DNA from: Blastocladiella emersonii ATCC 22665
Lineage: Eukaryota; Fungi; Blastocladiomycota
Assembly (NCBI GenBank): GCA_025594325.1
Contig: JANHCV010000004.1
Span: 1,178,001-1,242,000, forward strand
Direction: 5' to 3'
Length of the DNA: 64,000 bases
Shown: positions 36,646-49,457 of the stretch, piece after piece
Numbering within the stretch: the first letter of the stretch is position 1
Layout of the letters: the number at the start of each line of letters is the position of its first letter
The notes under the pieces: model-generated
Databases searched by the model: none
Told to the model about the DNA's origin: nothing
Seen by the model: the letters and a program-made list of their open reading frames with translations, nothing else
Translations under genes and position numbers: made by a program

Positions 36646-36785
36646 TTCGGGTCGGTCCATCGACTGTTCTCGAGACCCGCGCCACGTGGGCGTGTGTTGA
36701 CGTGGCAGCGACTTAAAACTCGACGAGGCCCGGCCGCTCGCTTCCTCTCCACGACGCATTCCTCCAAGGCATCAAACCACACAAA

Positions 36786-37715
36786 ATGGCATCAACAACT
36801 TACGGCAGCAGCGGCAGCCGCTTCGACTTTGCCGGCTTCCAGGCGCAGGCCTCGTCCATGTGGAACTCGGACCGCCGGTCGCCGCTCGACGCCGTCTTCT
36901 CGACGCTGCCGCTGACGCCCGCCATCAAGCAGCACGTTGCGGGCGTGTACGGCGTCCTCGCCGGCATGATGGCCGTGACCGCGACCGCCGTCTACTTTGA
37001 CTTTGCGTCGCGCCTGCCCTTCCTGCACGGCTGGGTCGGCGTCGTCGCCCTCATCGGGTCATTCGTCGCGTTCATGGCGCTCGCCCCGACCCCGCAGAAC
37101 TACTCGCTGCGCCACGGCATGCTGCTGGCCATTGCCGCGCTCAAGGGCGTCATGCTCACGCCGCTCGTCGAGGCCCTCGATTTCGTCAACCCATCGATCG
37201 TCCCGCGCGCCGCCGTCTCGGCCCTCCTCATCTTTGCCTCGTTCAGTATCGCTGCACTGTACGCCAAGCGCCGCGTCGCCATGTACGCGTTCGCCACGAT
37301 CGGCGCCATCTCGTTCATGAGCCTCGCCATGGCCGTCAGCAGCTTGTTCGGCGCGCGCTTCTCGGTCGAGACGGACCTGGTCCTCGGGCTCGTCATGTTC
37401 TCGGCTTACGGTACGTCCCTTCTCCGTGAAATGAACTCGAGGCGCAGCTGCTGACCACCCTCAACTCGTTTCGTAGTCGTCGCCGACACGCAGGTCATGA
37501 TCCACCGCGCAGCCATGGTCGACCTGGCCGACAAGAACCTCGACCGCCACCTGCAGCTGTCGCACGCCATCGAGCTGTACACGGACCTGATCCAGCTCTT
37601 CATCCGCATCGCCGCCCTCATGGCCAAGAAGGAGGACGACGAGCGCAGCCGCCGCCGCGACAGCGACGGCAACCGCCGCAGCAGCTCGCGCTCGGCGAAC
37701 CATCGCTCACGCTAA
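36786..37715 (+). CDS. TMBIM6: Bax inhibitor-1 (TMBIM6/BI-1 family) membrane protein, 1 intron (~37410-37476)
   Basis: LTPAIKQHVAGVYGVL; GVMLTPLVEALDFVNPSIVPRAAVSALLIFASFSIAAL; VADTQVMIHRA; HAIELYTDLIQLFIRI; charged tail KKEDDERSRRR. Confidence 0.9.
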
Positions 37716-38557
37716 GTGGGCGGAGGTGACGGGGGTCTCGGGTCCTCGTGTGTGTGTACAGATCTATATAACAGCCAGCTCGCGCGAGCACTTCTTCATC
37801 CCTTTTGCGAAGAGCGATAGATGATCGAGCCCTCGGCGGAACGTGCAAACGACTCCGACCTCATCTCGTTGCCGGCCGGTTGTTGCCGACGGGATCAGTC
37901 GCGCTCTTCTTGTTCATCTCGCGCGCGCACCGCGACCAATAGTAGACGCGCGCTGACGCATCGTCCACGCGATCACATTTCCCATCACCATGGCGCCGCC
38001 ACCCCATCCCCCGCCGCTGCGGCCCCACCCTCGCGTCAAGACTTCCTCCATTCCCGCCCGCGCGCTGGCTAAATCCAAGGCGCCACTCGGCCGCCTAAAC
38101 CGTCGCGAGATCCGCGCCGCGGCGAACAATGGGACCCGCGCGCCGCGCTGCGCCCTCCGCTCGCGGCCACGGTGACTCGCCGGGTCGCGTGCACCCCCGT
38201 AGCCGCTGCAACATTGTTTCGCGCGCGAGCGCGCTGCGCCCATATCGCCGCACCTGATTGCCCGTCCGTCGGCAAACGGCAGGGGCAGGGCGCGAGGGGG
38301 ACGGGGCGGGAGGGAGGCGCAGCAATCCATTTCGCGGCTAGAAGCCGGGTCCGTGGCCACGGCCCTGCCCGAGCGTGAGTACATCGCGCGCGCGGGCGGG
38401 CGGAAGAACAAGCGCCGCGTCGCGTCCTCGCGCCCCCGGGTCCGCAGTGCGCGGACGCGGACGCGCGGCGGGGAGTACAAGAGCCGCGGGCGCCCGCCGT
38501 CCCTGGCTTGTTCCACTCAGACCTTCGTCCCATTGACCGATCAGTCACCTCATCAGC

Positions 38558-40043
38558 ATGCAGCCCCACCACGAGCCTCCAACCGACGTCGAGTCGCCCC
38601 CACCGCCGCCGCCGCCCGAGTATGAGCGCGTCGCCATGTTCCGCGTCACGATGCTTGGCGTCGGGTTTCTCCTCGTCCTGACGGCCTTGTACGCGTCTCA
38701 TCCCCTCTCACCGAACCCCTCGACTCATGGCTAACATTTGCGACCATAGCAACGTCGCCGAGTCGCGCATCACGCTCATGTTCCCCGAGCACGGCTTCAA
38801 CTCGATGGCCATCATCTACTTCTTCCTCGTCTTCAGCTCCGTCCTCGCGCCGTACCTCACGCACCGCGTCCCGATCCGCGTCATCCTCTTCGTCTCAACG
38901 CTCTTCTACGCGCTGTTCATTGTGTCCATGAACTTTGACGTGACCTTCCTCTTCATCGCCTCGGCTTTGACCGGCTGCGCGGCCGGCGCGCTGTGGGTCC
39001 ACCAAGGGTACTACGTTTCCGTGGCCGCGAGCTGTTTCGGCGTCGACGTCGGCAAGCTGTCGGGCCGGTTCCTCCTCGTGTTCACGGCCAACATGATTGC
39101 AGGCAACGTCGTGTCGCTGCTGCTCCTCAACATGGGCGTGTCCGTCACGATGCTGCTGTACGTGATGGTCGGCATGGCGCTCGTCGGGTCGGCCATTCTG
39201 GCCATGCTTCCCGAACCGCGGCCCGCGACCACGGTCACCGCCACCATCGACCCCGACGCGCCCGCGGATCCGCACGCGACGCTCGGCGACCAGGTTCGGA
39301 TCATGGGCCGCCTTCTCGCGACGGCGCCGCTCCCCACACTGCTCCCGGTCTTCATGTGGAGCGGTTCCATCAGCTGCCTGGCGTTCGGCAACTACCCCGC
39401 GATGCTCCCGCGCGACGCGCCGTCGTGGCTGCTGCCGGGCATGTGCACGGCGTTTGGCGTGACGGGCACGCTCGCGTCGCCCGTGTGGGGCAAAGTGTAC
39501 GACGCGCGCGGCCCGATGCCGCTGGTCGGCGGCGCCGTGGTGCTGTCGGTTGCGACCTACGCCATGGTCTACGTCGCGGTCCTCGCGCCGACCACCATGT
39601 CGCCGACGTCGTGGACCGCGGGGATGGCGTTGCTCGGTGCGCTCGACAATGTGACGAACTGTCTCATCAACTTCTGTATCGCGGGTTGGTTCGGCAACGG
39701 GCCGGAGACCGCGCCCGCGTTCTCCCTGTACCGCGCCGTGTTCAGTGTTGGGTTCATTCTGCTCAGTCTGCTCTCGAACCTCGGCATGTGGCAGGTCGTG
39801 CTCGGGTGTAACCACCTTCTCACGATCGGCACCGTTGTCGCGTTCGCTGTCCATCACCGCCGCCACGCGGCCACGGTCAAGTCTAAGGCGCCGCGCGAGG
39901 CGGAGCATGGGCGCGGCGGGTACAAGGAGGCGGCCAAGGTCGATACGGCTGACCTCGAGGCTGGCGCGAAGGCCAAGGCCTCAGTGGCAACCGACGAAGA
40001 CGAAACGGAGCCGCTGGCGGCCACGGCCTCGCTCGTCGAGTAG
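38558..40043 (+). CDS. UNC-93-like / MFSD11 family MFS membrane protein, 1 intron (~38691-38748)
   Basis: VTMLGVGFLLVLTAF|NVAES...GFNSMAIIYFFLVFSSVLAPYL...ASALTGCAAGALWVHQGYY...GRF; about 11-12 hydrophobic segments. Confidence 0.82.
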
Positions 40044-40112
40044 CTCCCTCCTTCTCCTGGTGTGCCCATTGATTCAAACTATACACTCTATATCACTCTT
40101 TCACACACCTCC

Positions 40113-41170
40113 TCACGCGATCCGCACAACCTGATCCGTGCCTGGGTACGCCGGGAGCACGAGCCCGAACCGGTGCGCGAGCGCGGGCGGGACGAAGCGA
40201 CCGCCGACGTAGTGGATGCCGGTGTACCCGATGACACCCTGTTTCGGCGCCGTCAGCGAGATGAGCGCGTGCGGCGAGCGGATGCCCTGGCCGGCGTCGA
40301 CCTGGCCGCGCTCTACGTCCCAGCCCGACGGGATGTCGACCGACAGGACGGGTTTGCCGGACGCGTTGATGGCCTACGCGAACGAGAGGTCAGTCGTCGC
40401 TGCAAGCGGAGCAGGCAGAGCGCGGGCGGACCTCGATGGCCGTGTCGAACGGTGCGCGGATCGGACCCGAGAAGCTGAAGCCTACATCAATCACATGGTG
40501 AGACCTGCACCAAGACGACGGCAGCAGCGAGCGGGAACGAACCGAAAAGCGCGTCAATGACAAAGTCGGACCGCGCGAGAGCCGCCTCGAACGCGACCTT
40601 GAGCGGCGGCTCGCCGGTGAAGGGCACGCCGAGGTTCTCGAGCTGGCGCACGAGACCGACAAACAGCGGCTTGGAGCTCACCTTCGGGTAGTACACGGTC
40701 GGCGAGTAGCCAAAGTGCACGAGGTGGCGCGCCGCGACGAGGCCATCGCCGCCGTTGTTGCCTGTAAGCGAGCGACTCGGTGAGAGTGCGTCGAGAGTAT
40801 TAACGCGGAAGAGACGAACCAGGGCCGCAGCAGACGAGCACTGGGCCGGGCTGCGGGAACACGCGGACGGCGGCCTGCGCGACACTCAGGCCAGCGAGCT
40901 CCATGAGCTGGTCAATCGAGAAGCCGCCCGCAGCCGACATGAGCTCGACGTCGACGGCCTGCGCCGCGCGCTGCGTGAGGTACTAGGGGCGGGTGATTGT
41001 CGCCGTCAGCCTCGGGTGGCGTTCGCACTGGGCGCGCGACGACGACACAGTGAAGGCATGCGTTGTTGACGGACAGTTAGAGGCTTTGCAGCAGCTGAGG
41101 AGAGATGCATCGCGATAGGGGCGTCGGTGTCAAGGAGCGCTCGGGAGAGAGAGAGGAGCGCGTCGCTCAT
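40113..41170 (-). CDS. NAXE: NAD(P)H-hydrate epimerase (YjeF_N), multi-exon; start codon uncertain (41170 or 41110)
   Basis: [32 protein letters not shown]; [14 protein letters not shown]; [18 protein letters not shown]; ends [11 protein letters not shown]. Confidence 0.92.
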
Positions 41171-41353
41171 GCGAGGCTGCATGCAAGGCCGCCGATCGAT
41201 CAGGCCGCGGCTTGCCTTCCATAATCGCCATTTCACGTGATTGATAACCGCTGATCGGAAGCGGATGCCCGGCGCTCCGAGCCTTGGTCAGCGAGAACCC
41301 GCTGCCTTCTCCCCGCAATCACACACGGATCATTATACGAATCAACAACGACC

Positions 41354-43041
41354 ATGCCGACCGCGTCCTCGTCGGACGAATCGACGCCGATCCTCGGCCG
41401 CCGCCGCGGGAGCACGCACGACGACGTCGAACCCGAGGCCGAGGCCGCCGCCGACCTGTCGTCGTGCAAGGGCCTCGGCGCGCTGCTGACGGCGCACACG
41501 CTCGAGACGTGGACGTCGCGCACGTGGGAGTTTGCGTGGCCCATCTGGCTCGCGCTGCTCGTCCCCGACAGCCTTGCGCCGCTGTCCATCTACGGCATCG
41601 CCATCTGCCTCGGGGCCATGCTGTACGGCGGCCGCATCGGCGCCATGCTCGACCACCCGCGCTTGACCCGCTGGGACGCGGTGCGCGGCGCCGTTGTGAT
41701 TGCCAAGCTCGCCATGGTCCTCGCATGCTCCATGCTGCTCGTGTGGTTCGAGGTCGAGCAGAACCCTGATGGCTGGATCGCAAGACATGCCGTGCCGTTC
41801 CTCCCGAGCAACGACATGGCGCGCAAGGGCGTCCTGATGGCGCCCATGGTCGTCGCCGGGCTGCTGATCAAGTGGGCCAATACGGCTTACGTCATCACGG
41901 GTACGTTCGGGAGCGCTGTGCACTTCATTCGGCGTGGGTACTGACATTTCCCGTCGCCGTAGTCGAGCGCGACTGGGTCGTGGTCATCACGCACGGCAAC
42001 CCGCTCAACCTGGCCTGGACCAACGGCTGGGTCCGCCGCATCGATCTGCTGTGCAAGCTGCTCGCCCCGCTCGTCATCGCCTCGCTCATCGCCGCCCTCC
42101 CGCCGCGCGTCACCGTGTTCGGCCTCGGCGCCTTTGCCATCGTCGACATGGCCCTCGAGCTCGTCCTGTTCGCGTCGGTGCGCCGCCACTACCGCGCACT
42201 CTCGCTGTCCAAGCACGCCGCAGCTGCACCGGCGCCGCTGTTCGCCTCGGCCCCTGACTCGGCCATCACCGACTACGGCGGTGCAGTGAACGGCGACGAG
42301 GACGACGCCGTCACGCTGACCGCGCCAACGCACGAACCGACCGCCGACCCGCGCTCGCCGCTCGCGCGTTACCTGCGCCACCCGATCCTGCTCGCGTCGT
42401 TGGCCATGGCGTCGCTGTACATCACGGTCCTGTCGTTCGGCGGCCAGATGATCGCGTACCTGGCGACCGAGGCGCACCTGCCCGCGCCCGCGATTGCCGG
42501 GTACCGCTCCGTGGCCGCGTTCGCGGGCGTCGTCGCGACGTGGATCGCGCCGGCGCTCATCACGCGGTGGGGCCCCGTGCGCGTCGGCCTGTGGAGCATC
42601 TGGGCGCAGACCGCGTCGCTCGTCCCCGTCGCGGTCTTCCTAGTCCTCGAGACGGCGGGCGGCGTCACGCCCGACTCGGCCATGATGCGGACCCAGGTCC
42701 TGTGCGGGTGCGTCGCGGTCAGCCGCGTGTTCTTGTGGACATTCGATCTCGCGCACTCGCAGGTCATGCAGGAGTCGGTCGCGGCGCACGAGGTTGGTGC
42801 GATTAACGGCGTCCACTACGCCGTGTGTGCCGCCGGCGACCTCATCACGTACATCCTCACGCTCGTCTGGTGGTCACCCGCCGACTTCCCGCTGCCCATG
42901 CTCGTCTCGGTCGCGTGCGTCGCCATGGGCGCCGTGTGGTGGTCCGCGTACGTGCTCAAGGTTCGCCATCATCTCATTCACTGGGAACGCGTCCCGTTCC
43001 TGTGGAAGCAGCTTGCTCTTCGCTACTCGCAGCCCCACTAG
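41354..43041 (+). CDS. SLC40A1: Ferroportin (SLC40/IREG/FPN1) family iron exporter, 1 intron (~41902-41961)
   Basis: AHTLETWTSRTWEFAW; VERDWVVVI; WVRRIDLLCKLLAP; LYITVLSFGGQMIAYL; SRVFLWTFDLAHSQVMQESV. Confidence 0.9.
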
Positions 43042-43105
43042 TTCTACTGTCAAAATTCGCGTGTATTGCAAACAAAATCGTATTCATATTGCTACTTCAA
43101 CATGG

Positions 43106-44150
43106 CTACACTGCCGGCGCCAGCTCGCGCGCGTCGACAAACTCGTACTCGTCGTCGCTCTCCTCGTCGTCGTCCGACTCGACGGACTGCTGCTGGCCGC
43201 GCACGACCTCGCGGTCCCGCGCGACCGCCGCCTCGACGTACGGCACTTCGAGGAGCACCGAGCGCTCGACGGGCAGCGGGACGCCGCACGCGACGTCCAC
43301 GGCCGCGGCCCCCGTCACCTCGTCTAGCACGCCCGCCACCATGCGGTCGATGGCCGCGTTGCACCGCTTCACGGCCATGGCGATATCGTGCTCCATCTCG
43401 TCGGTCCCGCACAGCGTGCTGACCACGATTTTGGGAACCGGCGGCGCGTACTGCGTCGCGCTGACCGAGGTCGCGGACGCCGTCTGCGTCGCCGCGGGGG
43501 CCGCGGGGCGCGGGATGTACGACGGAGCCTCGAAGATGGGGTCGGCCGCGGGCGAGACGGGCGCAGGAACGCTGCGCTCACTCGCGGTGGCCGAAATCGG
43601 GTGCGTCCACCACGGCGCGGGGATGGTCGTGGCCGGGGCGGGCGCCCACCACTTGGCCGCGTCGATGTCGCTCGCGCCCACAGCCGCCGCGACGTCGAAG
43701 CGCATGTACTCGGAGCGGATAGCCAGGAGCTGCGCCGAGAACGCGGCCGACGCCGCGGCGAACAGCTGCTCGACCTCGTCGGCCTCGCGGGCGAGCGCCG
43801 CCTCGAGGAGCGGCAGCGTGTCGCTCTCGTCGTCGCCGATGAAGCGCTCAAAGCCAGCGGACGTCGAGGGGGAGACGGGCGGCGAGGGCGGAGTGACGAA
43901 GCGATTGGGCACGGCGAACTCGGTCTTGCCGCCGTCGAACGAAAGGGTCGGCGGCAGCGACTTGAGCGTCAGGTCGACGGCGGGCGTCGGGTGCAGGAGC
44001 GCCTGCGCCTCCTCGTCGTAGACGGCGGGCTCGGTGTACGCCGTGGGGTTGAACCGGGAGTACGAGGCGGAGGGGAGGTAGTAGCCGTCTGGAGCAGTGC
44101 TGAACGTGAGCGATGGACACGCGCGGATGCGGCGAGGTGGGCGTACCCAT
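43106..44150 (-). CDS. Hypothetical Ala/Pro-rich protein (~330 aa), 1 intron after ATG G
   Basis: ATG G|GTACGC...TCCAG|AC gives MDGYYLPSASYSRF..., continuous with ORF 43106..43912; codon usage is GC3-biased; no family recognised. Confidence 0.6.
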
Positions 44151-44536
44151 GATGAGAAAGTTGGGAGCTTGTTGTAAGGTGAACTACGCTCAGTCGATGT
44201 CGCTGAGAACTGGGCGTAGCGATGGTTGGAGGACAGGATGGGAGCGGGCCGCCGGCCGCTTTATAGCCGCTCCCCCGCGCCTAAGCAGTGCCAGTCAGCG
44301 CAAGCACTATGAACTCATTTTCACCGTCGCGTCATCGCGGACGGTTCGAGACTTCAGGAGCGATGCTACGCCACCACTCGGCTGGTGCGGTGTGGCGACG
44401 GCTTGTCTCGCAACGCGTCTCGCAACGGTCACATGATATCGAAACGCGTGAACCGAGGAGCAATGGAAACCGCACGACCCGCGTAAAAATTGGGAGAGTA
44501 CAGTACATATATTGAGATGAGAAACAACAGCGACGA

Positions 44537-46003
44537 CTAGTAAAAATGGCCTTCTTTGAGGTCACGAACCGCGAACCCAAACCCAGTAAACTTGAGCGGG
44601 TACGGGCGGGTGAGGAAGTGCGCCATGTGCTCGACGTGCTTGATCTCTGGGAACAAGGCGAGCAGGATGGTTGGCGACGGGGTCACGATTTGCGGGTAGA
44701 ACGGGTTGTAGAGATGGTTCGTGACTGTCAAGCGTTTCCAGTTCCAGGTCGTGGTATGGCCAGGGAGAAATCGCCACAGGACGTTCTCAACTAGGTACAG
44801 GACGCCGCTGTGGACGCGTTCCTGGGCCTTGCCGTCGGCTGCAACCGTGGACACGATGTACCGCACAAGCATCGACACGGAGCCCCATTTTTGGCTAGAC
44901 GATCCAGATTCGCGAGGTGAGTTGGGTTGGCGTGACGCGGCTCCAGATAGAACGTAACGCACTAGCTTGTCCCGTACGGGTTATCCATCCCAAACTGGTT
45001 GAGCCCAAACGAGTTATCTTCCTTGGTCCCGCTTTTTTCTTGAGTCAAGCGCTCCGAAAACAAGGTAGTCGTGTGGGACCCGGTTGCGCTGTGCGTCTGG
45101 AACTCGACCTGCTTCAACACACGCGCGGAAGCGGCCGCGCGCATGTTGATGCACATGAGGATCGGACCAGCTTCGACCGGGTCGACGTCGTGAACGAGAA
45201 GAAAGGGCGCGAGAGGCAAGTTGTGGACTCGAGTCGCATGCTCAATGCACCCAGGGATGTCGCCGTGGAGTTCGGGGTCGAACGGAAACACGTTCCGCGG
45301 AAGCGTGGTTGGTGTCGCGCGGAAAAGCGAAAGCGGTCGGCAAGGCGGGGTGCACCGCTTCGGATTGGTGATAATTTCGTCTACTTTGGCAAAGAACTGG
45401 TGCATCTCTGCGATCAGAGTCTCAAAGTCCAAGATGTACACAGGGGCGCTGGTCAGCTTGTCTAGGGAAGTCTAAGAGGTTAGCATTTGATGCAAGTCGT
45501 GGCGGGATCTGTGAATATATGTCATGCGTACACGCAGGCGGTGCTGAGGGAAGATAGCCGAGCAACGAAATGACGGCGGCCCAATGGCACCCAGCTCCAA
45601 CTGCGCGCATGACGTTGCCGTACGCGGCCACGACGTAAACGTCTTCGAGGCAGGTGTAAGACTGGCCGTAGCACCCGCGGGCTGCGGGTAAGGCCCGGTC
45701 GGTCACCCAGTCATCTCGCCAAGTACCAGCGATCTGAAGACCGTGGATGCTCGCTAAGGTGGCGCACGTCTCCGCGCCGGCGTAGCGCAGAGCCATGTAG
45801 TGCGCAAGCAGGGCGGCAAGCAGAACATCAATGTTGACGAGCTGGAGGCACATGCTGTTGGGGAACGGCGCTTGCCGAACTTCGTCGAGGGTGCACGACC
45901 AGTTCTGGACCAAGCGGTGTTTCGGCGCGAGGTAAGGAGGCTGCTTGCGCGACGGCCTTGGTGCCGCGGGCGCCGCGGGCCCATTGTCGAGTTTCTCAGT
46001 CAT
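44537..46003 (-). CDS. Tandem unknown family, copy A (most divergent, lower GC), 3 exons
   Basis: ORFs 45422..46084, 44962..45441 and 44537..44962 carry FPNSMCLQLVNID, AYGNVMRA, SAPVYILD..EMHQFF, RPLSLFRAT, HSGVLYL..FLPGH and TPSPTIL, matching copies B-E. Confidence 0.8.
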
Positions 46004-46219
46004 AATGGCGCAAGAAATGCTGTTGCGACAAGTCTTCAAGCTATTCCATGTGTTTTCATGAGTTGTTGAAGGAGGAGGGATCACAGGTCGCCTCGCCAGC
46101 GCTCAAAAACTTGAAGTATGGCTCAAAGATCGTCACATGATATCTCGTCGCGTCCTCTCCTCTCGCTTCCAGCAGCGCCGAGCAGGCCCTCCTCAACGCG
46201 CGTAGTATGATAAATCAAC

Positions 46220-47632
46220 TCAACTAGTGTATCCCGCAGCCTCCCAGAGCGAGACGGGGGTTGCAAAGTACATCTCGACAATCTCGACGTGCTTGATCAC
46301 GTCCTCGCCGTAGAGGTCCATGAGGAGCAGCGGCGACGGCGTGTTGCCGTGGCCGTCCTCGGCGTAGTCAGGCAGCGGTACGGGGACCGGGCGGCAGTGT
46401 GGGTTGTCGGGCGAGACGTGGCCGGGCAGGAACATCCACATGCAGTCCTTGTCAAGGAAGAAGATGCCGGCGTGCAAGGTATTGCCTGCTGCGCTGGAGA
46501 CCAGGTAGCGCACGACCGTGGAGACGTTGATCGAGTCCGAGCTACACGGAGCAAAGTCAGCACTAGTCGATCATGACGAGCGAATGAGAGCTGCCGTACA
46601 CGACGCCGATGGGCACGTTGAGCCCGAGCCGGTCAAACACCTCGTCGGATTCGGGGTACATAGTAGTCGACGTGAAGCCGGGCGTGCCGTTGACGCGGCA
46701 CTTGACAGCCTTAATACCGCGGGTCTGCGCTGCGGCGACAAAGTTGACGCAGGTCAGCAGGGGCTTGCTCATGTCGACGACGGTACTCTCAATGGTGAAC
46801 GACTTGTCGAACTCGTAGGCCACGGTGATGAGATCGAGACACCGCGGGACGGTGCCGTGGGCCTGGGCGTTGTAGACGAAGACGCCGCGCGCGGGCGTGC
46901 GGGCCGTGGCGCGGAACAGCGAGCGAGGGCGGTTCCGCTTGTGTCCGGCGGAGCCGAAATCGGCGACGAGGAACAGCGTGTCGATCTTGGCGAAGAACTC
47001 GTGCATCTCGGTCAGGCACCGCGCAATGTCGAGGACGTAGACGGGCGACGCGCACAGGTCGGCTACGAAGGCGAGGCGGTGGAAGGCGTCAGTCGATCGC
47101 TGTTCACCGCACGAGCACCACCGCACCGCGCGGCAAACGTACCGAGCGAGGGACCCGACGGCAAGAGTCCGAGCATCGCGACGATCGCGGCCCAGTGCTG
47201 CCCGGCGTGCAGGGCGCGCATGACGCGGCCGTAGGCGACGAGCAGGTCGCGAGGCGGGAGCACCTTGAAGCGGGTCCCGTACCCCTCCCGCGCGGCGCGC
47301 TGGGCACCCGGCGTCACCCACACGTCGGTCTCGATCGCGTACGCGGCGCCGTCGGGCATGACGAAGATGGCCTCGACGTTGGCCTCGGTGTAGCTCAGCG
47401 CGAGGTGCCGCGCCAGCAGCGCCGCGTGCAGCGTGTCGATGTGCACGATCTGCAGCGACATGGAGTTCGGGAAGCGGCCGGCGCGGATGCCCGCGAGCGA
47501 GCACGCCCAGTAGTCGACGTGCGCGAGGCCCGCGGTGAGGAAGGCGGGCCAGTGCTGCGGTGGGCGTGGCGGGGCGCTGGTGGGGGTCGTGGCGGTGGCG
47601 GTGGTGGTGGCTGCGGTGGGTTGGCTGGTCAT
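46220..47632 (-). CDS. Tandem unknown family, copy B, 3 exons
   Basis: MTSQPT...GRFPNSMSLQIVHID...AAREGYG...QHWAAIVAMLGLLPSGP|ADLCASPVYVLD...RPRSLFRAT...FDRLGLNVP|VRYLVSS...LHAGIFFLD...FLPGHVSPDNPHCRPV...HVEIVEMYFATP. Confidence 0.85.
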
Positions 47633-48023
47633 GTTGCTGTGCTGTCGAATGAAGATGTCGGTGGATGAGCGCGGGAGAGAGAGAGAGCGGGAGGTTCGGA
47701 CCATCAAGTACAGTGGAGGCGCGCGGGCGGGGTGTCCCCTGGCGGCGGCCGCCGCGAGTGGCCACGGCGTCTGGCGTTTGCTCCACTCACTTGATGGACG
47801 TCATTTCTTGGCGCACTGTCAGAATGAGCCGGCAAAGGCGCTCATGTGTTTGCGCGGATCCGGCGGGTGCTTGGGAGCCCGTGCACCGCACGTCTGCACC
47901 GCGGTGGCGGCCGTGCGCCGTGCACCGCGTGTGGAGCGCGATCTCGGACGCCGGCCCATCACTCACTCGCAGTCTCTCCACGGCACCGCATGTTCGCGCC
48001 AGCGCGTGTTTACGTCTGTAACC

Positions 48024-49457
48024 TTAGTCTGTATGGCACACGACCTCCCAGTAGGACGGCGGCGTGGTGAAATACAGCTCCGCGACCTCAATGTGCCCGA
48101 TCACGTCGTCGCCGTACATTTCCCGCAGCACGAGCGGTGATGGCGTGGTGCCGTGGCTGTCGTCGACGTGGTCGGGGAGCGGGGCGTAGACGGCGCGGCA
48201 CTGCGGGTTGCCGGGCGAGACATGCCCGGGGAGAAACATCCACTTGCACTTGAGACCGTCATCGTCGTCGTTGTGCTTGCCAGGTTGCTTCTCGGCGTGA
48301 TCGAGAAAGAATACGCCCGAGTGGAGCGTCGTCGCGGATGCGCCGCCGTCGCCGCTTGTCACGGTGTACCGCACGGCCATGGCGACATGGGTCGCGTCGG
48401 AGCTACACACGCGCGCGTGTTGGTGAGTACGTTGCAACGACAAGTGTCGGGCAGAACGAAGACGCACGCGATGGGTTCAGTCGCAGAGAGTCCGAACCGG
48501 CCGAACGTCGCCTGCGACTCGGGGAACAGGGTCACCGAGGTGACGCCCGCGGCGCTGTTGATGCGGCACTTGACGGGCGCGATGCCGCGTGCGCGGGCCG
48601 AGTCAAGGACGTTGACGCAGGTGACGTGCGGCTTCGTCCAGTCCACCTTCGCGCCGAGAAGCGAGAACGAGTCCTCGAAGTCGTACCCCTTGACCACCGC
48701 GTCGAGACACCGCAGGACGGTACCGTGGACCTTGGCGTCGAAGGTGAAGATCCCGCACGCGGGCGTCGTCTCCGTCGCGCGGTACAGGGCGCGCGGCCGG
48801 AACCGCGTTCCAGCTGCGCCAAACTTGGACGTGAGCAGGGCCGTGTCGACGTCGGCGAGAAACTCGTGCATCTCGGCAAGACAGCTAACGAGGTCGAGGA
48901 CGCACACGGGCGCTGAGCAGATCTCGCCTACCGCCGTCCACATCGTTAGCCTCCTCGTCCGATTCCTCTCGGCGCGCAAAATGCGTACTAAGCGCGGGCG
49001 CAGACGGCAGCAGCCCGAGGAGCGAGATGGCCGCGGCCCAGTGCTGATTAGCGTGCACCGCGCGCATAATCTGGCCGTATGCCGTGAGCAGCGGTTGCGG
49101 CGCCATGGACGTGAAGTGGACCCCATAGCCCTCGCGCGCTGCACGCACGGCGCCGTCGGTCAACCACACGTCGGTCTCGGGTTCGTACATCCCAATCATG
49201 CTGTTGATGGCCTCGACGTTGGCCTCGGCAAAGCCCACCGCCATGTGCCGCGCGAGGAGCGCCGCGTACAGGGCGTCAATGTGCACGATCTGCATCGACA
49301 GGCTGCCCGGAAACCGCCCCTCGTGGACGCTCTTTAGAGCCGAGGACCACGTGTAGACATGATTGAGCCCGCGCTTGAGGCAACGAGGCCAATAATCATC
49401 ATCGGCGGCGGCGGGCCGAGTCGGGGCAATGCCAGTGTCCTCGGGACGACTGGTCAT
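48024..49457 (-). CDS. Tandem unknown family, copy C, 3 exons (alternative in-frame ATG at 49502)
   Basis: ORFs 48885..49505, 48359..49144 and 48024..48467 share all family motifs; intron positions and phases match B and E. Confidence 0.85.

Noticed and set aside
35220-36653. Assigning the TIR element to hAT from its CAGGG ends
   Set aside because: The 8-bp flanks differ (ATTCGGGT versus TTCGGGTC); only a 7-bp duplication matches, and no transposase is present to classify it.
46620-46930. ADP-ribosyltransferase-like motifs in the array proteins (SLFRAT; GFTSTT in copy B; HVEIVE)
   Set aside because: The STT motif is not conserved in the other copies, and the spacings (about 85 and 110 aa) are much longer than in R-S-E ARTs. 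This cannot be supported without structure prediction.
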